This document shows positions 51,482 to 62,205 of a stretch of DNA of 64,000 bases, in pieces. Below the pieces are notes generated by a model that was not told the DNA's origin, did no database searches, and worked only from the letters and a program-made list of their open reading frames with translations. The first letter of the stretch is position 1, and each line of letters opens with the position of its first letter. The position numbers and the translations under genes were made by a program. The stretch is from Somniosus microcephalus (Eukaryota): assembly GCA_052327205.1 (NCBI GenBank), contig CM126203.1, forward strand, positions 20,646,001 to 20,710,000, read 5' to 3'.

Positions 51482-51817
51482 ACAGGAAACTTTGTGTTAT
51501 CCGGAGGCTAAATGTCCGGCAAGCTTGAGCCACCGGCAAAAATCAGGAGCCGTTTTGTTCGGTTTTTTTTCTTCTCGTGGCTTTTTTTCCCAACAGTCAG
51601 GCTCTGCAAAGTCTCTCTGAAACTGTTGCTAAGCGACAGAGACGCTTCCAAGGTACGGCCGACTGGTTAGAAGCTGTTGCTAAGCAACAGTGTTTGTTGC
51701 CAGATACGGAGCTGAAAAGCTCTGTATGCTTCAACATTAGCGCTGGTGTGTCCGGCAGTTTTGAGGGAACGGCAACAGCTCGGTCCCGTCGGTGCCGGAT
51801 ATCACAAAGTTTCCTGT
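51482..51817. mobile_element. Tigger/pogo-like MITE with 23-bp terminal inverted repeats
   Basis: acaggaaactttgtgttatccgg (51482-51504) versus ccggatatcacaaagtttcctgt (51795-51817): 22/23 complementary. Confidence 0.75.
51625..51690. promoter_or_regulatory. Two RFX X-box-like motifs
   Basis: GTTGCTAAGCGAC (51625-51637) and GTTGCTAAGCAAC (51676-51688); motif match only. Confidence 0.4.
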
Positions 51818-53059
51818 CGTTTGTAATGTGGACAAATAGGCATGTACATTTTTGAAAAAAATATTGTTACTACCTGTAAGTTGTCACGGTGGCACATAAC
51901 AAGTTAATAGGCAGTAGGGAAGATTTATGTAAGTAGTTGACAGCACTTACTTTTTTAAATAAAATTGCGGTCAAGTCATTCTATGCACACAACCTAAATG
52001 AACTGCCTCCTTTTTAAAAAAAAACTCCCCGCAAATGCTGGCAATCTGAAATTAAAAAAGCAGAAATTTGTGCTGGGAATTCCCATCAGGTCAGCCAACA
52101 GCAGATGGGAACGACAAGAGTCACACGTAAAACTGAGGTCTGATAATGATCGGCCTCTGGTACATTGCCGACATCTCTTTTTATTTTGACTAACCAGTCC
52201 CACACCAGGAGAGGTTGTCCCAGCAGGGCTAAAATCAAAAGACACGTATTCGGTGATGCGAACTATCTCTGGTAACAGTAAATTACCAGCGTTCTCGTGG
52301 TAATGGAACATAAAACTGGCTGTTGCATTTTAAAAGCAAAATGCGTTGACCACAAAAACCAAAGAAGGAATTGTGTCGCCATTCGTATCAAAATGTTCAC
52401 CAGTGTTCAGAATTCCAATGGGATTCCATAAGATTGTTATGTTCTTTACATGTGATTGCTGATGATACCCTGTAGGACTATTTTAACCCGATTGCTTCGC
52501 CGATCAGTTGTCCCGTTCTATCGCTGCTTTTGGTGGTCTAATAGTTTCGAATCCGTGCAGCCGAGTGTAAATTTTATGAACCACGGCTCCGGGTGCGGAA
52601 CCGCCTGGGGTGGGAGTGGATATCGGGAATTCAGGCGCAGAAGTCAGTGCATCCGATTGGGGAAAAGTCTTAAAAAGACGTTAATTTTAGTGGATGGAGA
52701 ATCATGTGGCCTGGGCACAAAATGTTCCCCGATGTTGCACCAATGTGACGACATGTTTGGTGTCAGTGTGGTATGGTTATTTGGGCCGTACCAGTGCACA
52801 GCACGATTGGTAGCACATCTGGACAAGGTAGCTCTGTGGCACTGAGCATCAGGCCAGTAGCAACGCAGAGGGCACAAGTTCTCATTTTAAAGTCTGAGTT
52901 CAGGCAGCCCACTGCATTGGATGGTGGCAAAGAGCTGACCATCCCACCTGTCCCTTTCTAACACGAGATGTCACCACAAGTCAAAGGCATACGAATAGTG
53001 CGTAAAAAAAAATCTGCTTTTCCTGACACGAATGAACCAAGCAAAGAAAGAACGTGCTC

Positions 53060-53535
53060 CTTTTAACGTAGTAAAACATCCCAAGGCTCTTCACAGAGGC
53101 GCAATCAGACAAATACTGACACCGAGCCAAAGAAGGAGATATTCGGACGGGTGACTAAAAAGCCTGGCCAAAGAGGTAGGTTTTAAGGAGGGTCTAAAAG
53201 GAGGAGAGAGATGTGGAGGAGCGGAAAGTTTTAGGGAGTTAATTCCAGAGCTTAGGTCCTAAATGGCTGAAGGCACGGCTGCCAATGGTGGGGCAAATGG
53301 AGTTGAGGCTGGTAAGAGGCCAGAGTTGGAGGACCACAGAGTTCTCAGAGTTCTGACAAAGGGTCATCGACCTGAAACGTTAACTCTTGTTTCTATCTGC
53401 ACAGACGCTACCTGACCTGAGTATTTCCAGCATTTTCTGTTTTTTTTCTCAGCGAGCTGTAGGGCAGCAGAAGGTTACAGAGATAGGGAAGAGCGAGGCC
53501 ACAGAGGGAGTTGTACACGAGGATGAGAAAGTTAA
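53060..53535 (-). mobile_element. L2 3' fragment interrupted by a Penelope-like end (53349-53445, + strand)
   Basis: L2 3' UTR/ORF end in reverse complement; the insert is flanked by ttctcag (53342-53348 and 53446-53452). Confidence 0.8.
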
Positions 53536-53713
53536 ATAATGGATACATCTCATTCTCCCAATGGTACCTTAACAGTTACAGCTACAAAATAAACAGTTCA
53601 GTACTAATACACTGGACTACAAATGAAGCCATTGGATGTCATGCCTTGTTCACGTGCTGTAGTTAAAATAGTACTAATCATCTCTTTAATGTTGCTGTTC
53701 TTCCCATCTGCAG

Positions 53714-53834
53714 CTACCACTTCACCTACGCCTTGGTCAGGCCACGCAAGGCCATGCAACGAGAGCGATCGGCACTATTGTGTGAATGGAGGACAGTGTT
53801 TCGTTATCAATGGTATTAATAAACTCTCCTGTCA
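53714..53834 (+). CDS. NRG2: Neuregulin EGF-like domain, common exon (Cys1-Cys4), NRG2-type
   Basis: Polypyrimidine tract and cag acceptor (53711-53713); CA|gtaagt donor. Translation TTSPTPWSGHARPCNESDRHYCVNGGQCFVINGINKLSC closely matches recalled NRG2 (WSGHARKCNETAKSYCVNGGVCYYIEGINQLSCK) and lacks the 3 extra residues of NRG1. 121 nt, phase 1 in, phase 2 out. Confidence 0.9.
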
Positions 53835-55057
53835 GTAAGTGAATCCAACCTTTCCTTCACACTCTTGTTTCTGCATGTCAGCTTGATTGTCGCCATGGGG
53901 AGCTTGATGGCTTCATGTTTTATTACCAGCGATGCTGGCCGGTTGTTAATGATCGCGGTTGAACTGCAGTTTTAGAGTATTACTGGAACCCGGCTCTTGT
54001 ACCCTGACCATGTGAGTGTTAGGAACATTGGAATTGCTCGACCAAGGTCTATCTAGTTTGCCTTCCAGCTTCCCGGCAGTCACATGTCACAACAATAATG
54101 GAGTTGTTGACCGCTCAAGGCAATCAATCTCTATCAGACATGGGGCAAGGAAAGCCCCCAGTGGAGGAGAGCTTTGGGAACCATAGGTCCAAAGTCACCT
54201 GTTCCTCCCAAGCATGTTACACTTACACACATCATGTCTCAAATTACTCATACTTACTGGAACCCGGCCCTTATACACGACCAGATTGACGTCACAGCTT
54301 CAAGTTTAACATAAAGTTTGAAGGGTTTTTGGAGGTTGTTCTACAAAACCACCATCCTCTCTTTAAACAAAAATACACAATTACCTCAGCATCCAATCTC
54401 GACTTGAATCATATAACATTACATTATTTCTATAGCTTTTATTGCAGTACTTACAAAATATTCCTTTTTCTTTTAACATCACATTGTAACACTAAAGCCT
54501 GTGAATAGGTTTTAATTTGGTAAAATTCATCCATACTTATAAATCCTTTCAAATCAAAAATGGTTTCAGCTGCTAGCAAGTTCATACTGTTTTAAAAATA
54601 AAGCCGATAGCGATGGTAGAGATTGGTTGAGGATTGAAGTGACCGTTCTACCAATTGTCAAATCAAAACCAAAACTGGTCCTTTTGTATTAAGGCTCTAA
54701 TTAGCTGATTTGTTGGCCAAAAGATGCATAGCCCAGACATGTGCATTGTGTCCTTTGAACTCCTTCTGATTGTCCTGTTCCGTACATTCAAAACAAGTAC
54801 TTGAAAAGCATTAGAGCCTTCTCTACTAAAGTACAATGTAAGGGATTGTACCTTCCGCAGGGCACTTTGTGGAAACCTGTTTGACTAAAATACTAACTGA
54901 TGGAATAGAAATTCATTATTTTTGGTTTTAAGGGCGCCTTTGAGCCTTGCTTTATTAAGTGCTTCTCTGTCCCACTCAGAACACCCGTCAGTGTTTGCTC
55001 AACAGATCATCTGCTGCCTGCTGTAAATGGTGTCAATGTGAAAGGCTCCCTCCACAC

Positions 55058-55900
55058 TCAACACACACACACACTCTCTTGCGTGCACACTCTCATATGC
55101 ACACATATGCACGCATGTGTGCAAACTCACACTCACACTCACACACACACACACTGACCCACATATATACACACACTCATATATACACATGCATACTCTT
55201 GCTGTAAAGCGCTCTGAGGCGTCTAGTGGTCGTGAAAGGCGGTATATAAATACAAGTCTTTCTTCTTTCTTTCTCTCTCTTAATCTCACTCCTCACTCAC
55301 TCACACGCACTCACATACATACACATACACGTGCATTCGCTCTCTCTCTCTCTGCCTCTCACATTCACTCACACATTCACTTTCCTACACACACATATGC
55401 ATTCTCTCCCTCTCTACCTCTCACACTCACTTTCACACACTCACTCTCACACACTCAAACACACACACTCAAACACACACATGCACATTCTCTCTCCCTC
55501 TCTCTGCCTCTCACAGACTCACTCTAACACACTCACTCTCACACATACACACATGCACATTCTCTCTCCCTCTCTCTGCCTCTCACACACTCACTCTAAC
55601 ACACTCACTCTCACACATACACACATGCACATTCTCTCTCCCTCTCTCTGCCTCTCACACACTCGCTCTCGCACACTCACTTTCACACACTCATTCTCAC
55701 ACACTCAATCTCACCCACACTCAAACACACACATGCACATTCTCTCTCCCTCTCTGTCTCTCACAGACTCATTCTCACACACTCACTCTCACACACTCAC
55801 CCTCACACACTCACACTCACACACAATCACACACATACACACACATGCGCATTCCCTCTCCCTCTCTGCCTCTCACACACTCACTCTCTCACCCACACAC
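55058..55900. repeat. Compound (CA)/(CT) low-complexity tract with ~70-bp internal duplications and an embedded SINE/L2 tail (~55200-55275)
   Basis: Direct reading; repeated block cacacatgcacattctctctccctctctctgcctctcaca. Confidence 0.9.
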
Positions 55901-58004
55901 GCATTGAGTTTAATGGAAGGTAAAACTGGCGGTCGATCAGATCACATCTGTTTCCCACTGGGTAGATTATGTTAAAATTATCCTCACACTCTCACGTGTG
56001 CGCACGCGCACACACGCTTTTAATCAGTCTGTCACAAGATTAGGACCAAAGCCTGCCTTTAAAACTAGACTTTGTGCTGTGAAATCTGGTGTGGTTATGA
56101 ATTAAATCTAACATTGCTCACCCCCCACACCCGCCGAAGCCAGGTCAGTCGAAAGAGCAGGGAGATCTGCAGTGCCACCCCTGCAAATGGCAGGTTGTTC
56201 TGTACACGGGGCACACAGAAGGTGAAAACGGGCGATAGTGAAGCGGCAGCCCCTTATACACCCTGCAATGGAAAAGAAAATGGGGTGGAGTGTAATATGG
56301 GCTTCCGATTCACTGCCATCCATTTTGCAATGTCGTCAAAGACCAATTTCAACGCTACAGTGCTTAAAGTTACCCTGATCTATGTAGCCGGCATCTATCA
56401 CATGCGAATCTCCTGGGAGCTGTAAGCCATTTCCACCAGAAGCATGCCCCATTTACATGGCTGCTCCAAGCAGACCAGCAGTTCCTAGACAGGGTCCTCC
56501 ATCGCCAGTGTGGCTCACCCGCTTTCACACGTCTGTCTGTGCTATGGTCAGCATAACCCAGCCAGTTTACAACATATGGTACCTGTGCTGGTACTGGAAC
56601 AGGCGTCTACACATTAGTCATACGATACCGGGCCTAAATCAACCACAACCCTGAAAATAAATCGACTCCTAACGGCCAATCATAGCCGAGGTTGCAATGC
56701 GATGAGATTGGTAGGGCTCCATTACCCTGGCCATCCATTTGTGTAGAGGCAGGACGACAGGCTGCTGTCAGACTAGTGTCTGTGCTCCTCTTGCTACCCA
56801 TGAGAATGGCAGATCGCTCGCAGTATAAAACGCAGCGAGCTTGGCTTCATTCATAGCGGGAGATTTGCCTGGATTTGTGCCTGTGCTCACCGGGTGCAGT
56901 GAATATCGGAAAATCAGGCGAGTTCCTTTACAGACGGGCTCTCCCACCCGCTCGATATTCAGTCGTTTGCTGCACACAGGTGTAGACCCTAGAATATCAA
57001 TAATGAAAGGCAATTTGAGGTTGATTTGATCACTTAATAATTTTGAAATTCAAGAAAGAAGTGTGTGTGTGTGTGTGTGTACGTGTGTGTGTGTTTGGGA
57101 GTAGGGGGGCGGGGTCACACTTTCATGAACACATGGGTTGTGCACAGGGCAAGAAGCAGTTATTTGGGCTGATGAAATCTTGCCGTGCCCAGCACTGAAT
57201 TGGCATATTGCCCATCACTGTCCTATGGGGAGAACTGTAAACTAAATTTTGAGCTTAACTTTGAAAGCATTTGCTTTGGGAAAGCTCAATGATTCCGCGA
57301 CTACAGTGAGAGTAGTTTCCCCATTAGGTTCTGGACAGATCTTTATTGTTGCTCAAAGTGCTGAAGACCAAGGTTGGGGTCTTTCTCTGCATCAACAAAT
57401 ATCTTTGCACTTGTCTCTGATGGAGGCCGTGAAAGGGGCAGACTTGCAGATAATGCAACAAATTTAAATGTAGGGTTGAACCTGCCACCGGCATAACTAG
57501 ACCGTAGCTACGCTTCTCCTGCGCAAGACCTCCTTACTCACCAGGTCTTCCTGGCATTTGGCCTTCGTGAACCCAGCTAATTCGCTGTAAGATTTCCACT
57601 GATCTTGGGACCTGCACAGAAGGAGCAGACGACACTATCCCGGGGCTTAACTTAATACAAAATATAAAAGTGGCTAGTGATCGGCAATTTCTGTCTTGAA
57701 ATTAAGCCTAACCTACAACTTCTAATGCTTATGTGGGAAGTCTATTATGTCAGTCTCCTATTTTAATTTGCTAAACAAAGAAGGTTAATTCTAACCATTC
57801 TTGTTAACTCAAAAACTACCACCCTGCTTTTCTGCCTTGATATATGCAAAAGCAGTGAATAAATTGCATTTCTGTAATTAAAGACATGATAATATAAAAT
57901 AATAGGATCACACATATCATAGTGACTGCCAGGAAAAGAGTGGCACTGCTGATTGTAGTTCTGTCCAAGTGTCCCACTTCCAGTCTTTTGTAAAATTCCA
58001 TTTT

Positions 58005-58525
58005 GTTTTTATTTGTTCACGGGATGTGGGCATCGCTGGCAAGGCCAGCATTTATTGCCCATCCCTAATTGCCCTCGAGAAGGTGGCGGTGAGCCGCCTT
58101 CTTGAACCGCTGCAGTCCGTGTGGTGAAGGTACTCCCACAGTGCTGTTGGGGAGGGAGTTCCAGGATTTTGACCCAGCGACGATGAAGGATCGGCTACCA
58201 CCATTCTTTCAGGTAGTGTGTTCCAGATCTTAACAACCCTCTGTGTAAAGAAATTTCTCCTCATTTCCCCTCTAGTTGAAGGATCGGCCGATATATTTCT
58301 AAGTCAGGATGGTGTGTGACTTGGAGGGGAACCTGGAGGTGGTGGTGTTCCCATGCGCCTGCTGCCCTTGTCCTTCTAGGTGGTAGAGGCCACGGGTTTC
58401 GGAGGTGCTGCCGAAGATGCCTTGGCGAGTTGCTGCAGCATCTTGTAGATGGTCCACACTGCAGCCACAGTGCACCAGTGGCGGAGAGAGTGAATGTTTA
58501 AGGTGGTGGATGGGGTGCCGATCAT
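58005..58525 (-). mobile_element. Second-family LINE 3' fragment carrying a short CR1-derived insertion (58196-58276)
   Basis: Same tail as 1541-1730, extending further 5'; insert flanked by the direct repeat tgaaggatcggc. Confidence 0.8.
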
Positions 58526-61179
58526 TGCATTGCTATTTACATTTGCATGTAATAAGTATGTGAGCCACCTCACTAACACACACCTTCCATGCACACAAAT
58601 ACCCAACCACATACACACAGACACCTTCCACGCACACACACCCCACCACCCACACATGTTCAAGGAGGAGGCTAAAGAAACAATGAGTATAAAAGATCAG
58701 CTTTAAAATGCCCTCCTCTGTCACCTGCCCTGCATTCAGAGGACTCGCGAGGTCCTGCCTTTTATTTCAGAGCCTCCCTATATCGCTCACTCTTAAATTC
58801 TCTTCACACAGGCAATGTCGCCGTGACTAATTGAAGTCAGTTTGTGTTATTGCATGAAATAGATTGGGAATTCCAACAAAGCTGTGAAAAAGCAATGAGG
58901 CTATTTGAAAGTAAATGGTATAACTTGTGTGTAACTGAGCAGTGAATGAGAGGGAATGTGTGCTGGGGGTGGGTTAGTTATTAGAACAGTGGTTATTTGG
59001 CACAGGACCTTCACATTCATTATTACTTTTTGATCCTTAACCTAGTGTAACATTTGAAATGTGTAATAAATAGATTTAAAAACGAATAGAAATTGGACCC
59101 ATATCCAGATTTTAAACGTGCGTCGTTCTATAAGTTTCTCAAACTGTGCATCCTCAGTTACTGTTTTTAACGCAAATTGCACAACAGCCGTTAACCTCCA
59201 TGGCTGGTACAAGCATTTGAAATAAAATCGGATACAGATGTATTGTTTGGCTTAAAGCTCCGATGAAGCAATATCCACAGGCACCTCCATCAATCAGCTT
59301 GTGCTTTGCCAAATTATAATTAATGTGTTGTATCGACAAAGCATAACAACTGGTCGTAAGAGCAATAATAATGGATAAAAAAGCAATAATGCTGTCGGCC
59401 TAAACAATCCCTCCCCACCCTGATTTAAGTAAGCGAGTTGTTACTGGAAAAAGAATAGAGGGGGTTTAAATAGTCACTACGAACCCAAAACACAGCGCCC
59501 TGTAAGATATTCCAGCCAAAGGATGATACTTCATTCATTATCAGTTAAATGGAGAGCATGGCGCTGGTGACAGGGGCTTAAGAATAGCTTGGTCATGTGC
59601 CACTCTGAAGATCTGAGTGTCTCAAGTATGAATAAATGTCTGAACAGCTCACTCATCAAGGCCGCAATCATTGCCTTGAAGAAAAAAGGCAAATGCTACA
59701 CTAATGCAAGAGGTCCAGCCACATTTGTTGGGGCAGTGTAGGGAAAAAGCATTACACTGCATTGAACCTGCCCTCTACCTGAATCAGGAAGTTGTGATCC
59801 TATCACTGTGTTCAGAAGGGGAAACAGAAAAATGTTCGGCTCCTCAGATTAACAAAAAGAACGCACAATGACATAATCTTATCACTGGTGTAGTGGAATG
59901 GGGTGTTTCTGTCACACTGACACATGTTATAATGCAGTTGGATCCTGATAAATACACAAATACATTGCCAAGAAATGTTATGCTTGGATTGAAATTCTGC
60001 TTGGATCAGAAGTGCATTTTTCTAGACTCAGCTGCAATAGGTTTTGGTATCACAAGGAGCTTTATTCCAAAGATAAAAGTACAGAAATGACCTAGGAACA
60101 GCCTAATCAAGCCCTTTCGAAAAGATGCTTAATAATAAAGTGCGGCATATAAAACATGGATGGACAAAGGGCCAATCAGGACATCAAGCCTGCTCCTTCT
60201 GCCGATCCACACATAACAGAAAGTAATTATGTATTCTGTCAGGACCTCAATTACGCCTGGGCTCGAGCCGAACTATTTACATCCTGTCAACATTTAGCCA
60301 TTTAAACAGTTTATTAAGTGATGTCAGAGACTGACAAAATGAGCACGTTAAAGTTCTCTTAATTACTTAAATCCCATACAGCTTGAATATTTAAAAAAGG
60401 TATTTGGGTGAGCAGCACATTGATGCCAAGGACCTCCTTCCTCCAAGTGTCTAGTTCACTTCTTCTTGTTTCATCGGGCATTTTGCTACAGCCGATTGGT
60501 AGCTGATGTCATTTTGATTTAATGGCTTGCAAGACCCATCGGACCAAATATTTGCTCACAGATAAATTGGCCAAAGTGTTGGTGGTGACAGTTAGAATTG
60601 GAACTATAGGCTCCTTGTGCTTGTAAATAATGTACAAAGTAGCAGGGGCACTATTAGATACCCTCGTTTTTAACTTTACAAACCCTGTCGCACTCTTTTT
60701 GCGAAAGGATTTTAAAATTTAATTCAAGAGCTTGGACAGTAACTAACTGTATTACAGAGGAAATTTAAAACCAACAAACTAGGTAATCATACATTACACG
60801 CACCTTTATTCAGTGTGTCATTTCTGTCTAAAAGCTTTCTTGAAAAGGGCTGGCTATTGAATGGTTCCTAATGACTGTTATTATTGCCCTGAAGTCTCAA
60901 ACTGGAGATGTGAACATCTGTGACGTCCAAGTGGCAATTTTCTTGTGCTCTCGCTTGTAAACAAGTAACCCTGTGAAAACTACCATTATCGTCAAAGGAG
61001 AGGCAATCACGCCGAAGGAGTAATAGTTGCCCATTGAATTCCGGCGGCCAAGCTGCCCAATTTCACCAAGCAGCCGAATTTGCCCGTGAATGCCAACAAG
61101 TTGTTGCCTTTGACCGTCTGTGCGTAGACCGGCCCAGTGCATTTGTTCTGTTTGTTTATGTCCCATTTCTACCCTCCAG

Positions 61180-61247
61180 GTGCGATCCCGGATTCACCGG
61201 AGAAAGATGTACAGAGACTGTACCCATGAGGGTCTTTAATCCTGAAC
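61180..61247 (+). CDS. NRG2: Neuregulin EGF alpha-type alternative exon (Cys5-Cys6)
   Basis: ccctccag|G acceptor and C|gtatgt donor; 68 nt. In frame with the common exon (CA+G=Gln), giving CDPGFTGERCTETVPMRVFNPE, similar to recalled NRG1-alpha CQPGFTGARCTENVPMKVQNQE. Confidence 0.9.
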
Positions 61248-62037
61248 GTATGTGAAGATATAATCATGTCTGGGGCTCCAAAAAAAAAAATCCTTGGTGT
61301 TGTCACTGCTCACAAAGAAAGATATGTTTTAAAATAGCTAATGATTTTGATTTGGCCAACTTCAGAAACTGTAATCGAGCCCTCGACAATCTCGTACTGT
61401 TTGCTGTTCTTAACGGTTTTTTTGCACACTGTCTTTTACTTTGAGAAACAGTACAGATTCAGTTGCTCGCCACCCTAGGTTGTGTTTACAGTCATTAAAA
61501 TCCTCTTTGCCTTTTTCACTCCCCACCGTTTGCATAGTTTAATGGGCCCAAAATGTTTCAAACAATTCACTGAAGAATTGTGGTGGGGGTGGGGGGGTTC
61601 CAGGAAGTAGAATGTGGACAATCCCTCTCATACTTGGGAAAGGGCCCTGATGAATTGGAGGAAATTTGACATTTCCAAACAAGACAATTCTAGAATCATG
61701 GATTAAATTTTACTCCCTCCAAATGTGCAAATATGTACTTTCTAATGTACTTTCTTGTTTAACTTTGATTTGGTTCAGATATACTACTCCAGACAGACTT
61801 GAAAGAATTGAATTTTCATGGCTTGTAAATGCACCCACAGAATAAATTTTAAAAAAAAAATTCTGCTGTCTTCCTGCAGCAATTGTTGAGCGTAGTGGAG
61901 ATGATAATTTCCAGGTAAAATGGATTAAACAGTGACCACTCCAAGGTGATGCGGCCGAGTGCCGAAGGTGACTCTATCCTGACAGTTACTTATCTTCTCT
62001 CTCCTCTCTTTCTCTCTCGTTTTATTTGTCTTGTCAG

Positions 62038-62096
62038 GTGTCCAAATGAATTTACTGGTGATCGCTGCCAAAACTACGTAATGGCCAGTTTCTACA
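62038..62096 (+). CDS. NRG2: Neuregulin EGF beta-type alternative exon (Cys5-Cys6)
   Basis: Long pyrimidine tract with ttgtcag|G acceptor and A|gtacgt donor; 59 nt. Encodes CPNEFTGDRCQNYVMASFY, the same as recalled NRG1-beta. Confidence 0.93.
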
Positions 62097-62125
62097 GTAC
62101 GTCCACTTCTTCTGTCTCTCCCTGA
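62097..62125 (+). CDS. beta3-type read-through tail (STSTSSVSP-stop) of a putative non-transmembrane isoform
   Basis: If the beta donor is skipped the frame reads AGT ACG TCC ACT TCT TCT GTC TCT CCC TGA; recalled NRG1-beta3 tail is STSTPFLSLPE*. Confidence 0.55.
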
Positions 62126-62157
62126 ATGGAAGCATGCTTTAGTCACACTGTTGATTC

Positions 62158-62205
62158 CTGCTACTGCTGCTGCCGCTGCTGTTGTTGTTGTTGCTGCTGC
62201 TGCTT
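62158..62205. repeat. Compound (CTG)n/(TTG)n trinucleotide tract
   Basis: ctgctactgctgctgccgctgctgttgttgttgttgctgctgctgc. Confidence 0.85.

Noticed and set aside
53623-53713. Hydrophobic signal-peptide-like stretch in frame with the EGF exon (KIVLIISLMLLFF)
   Set aside because: It overlaps the branch-point-like tactaat and the polypyrimidine tract of the acceptor, so it is best explained as intron; not formally excluded without 5' RACE.
55117-55975. His/Thr/Ser-rich ORFs
   Set aside because: Low-complexity CA/CT tract.
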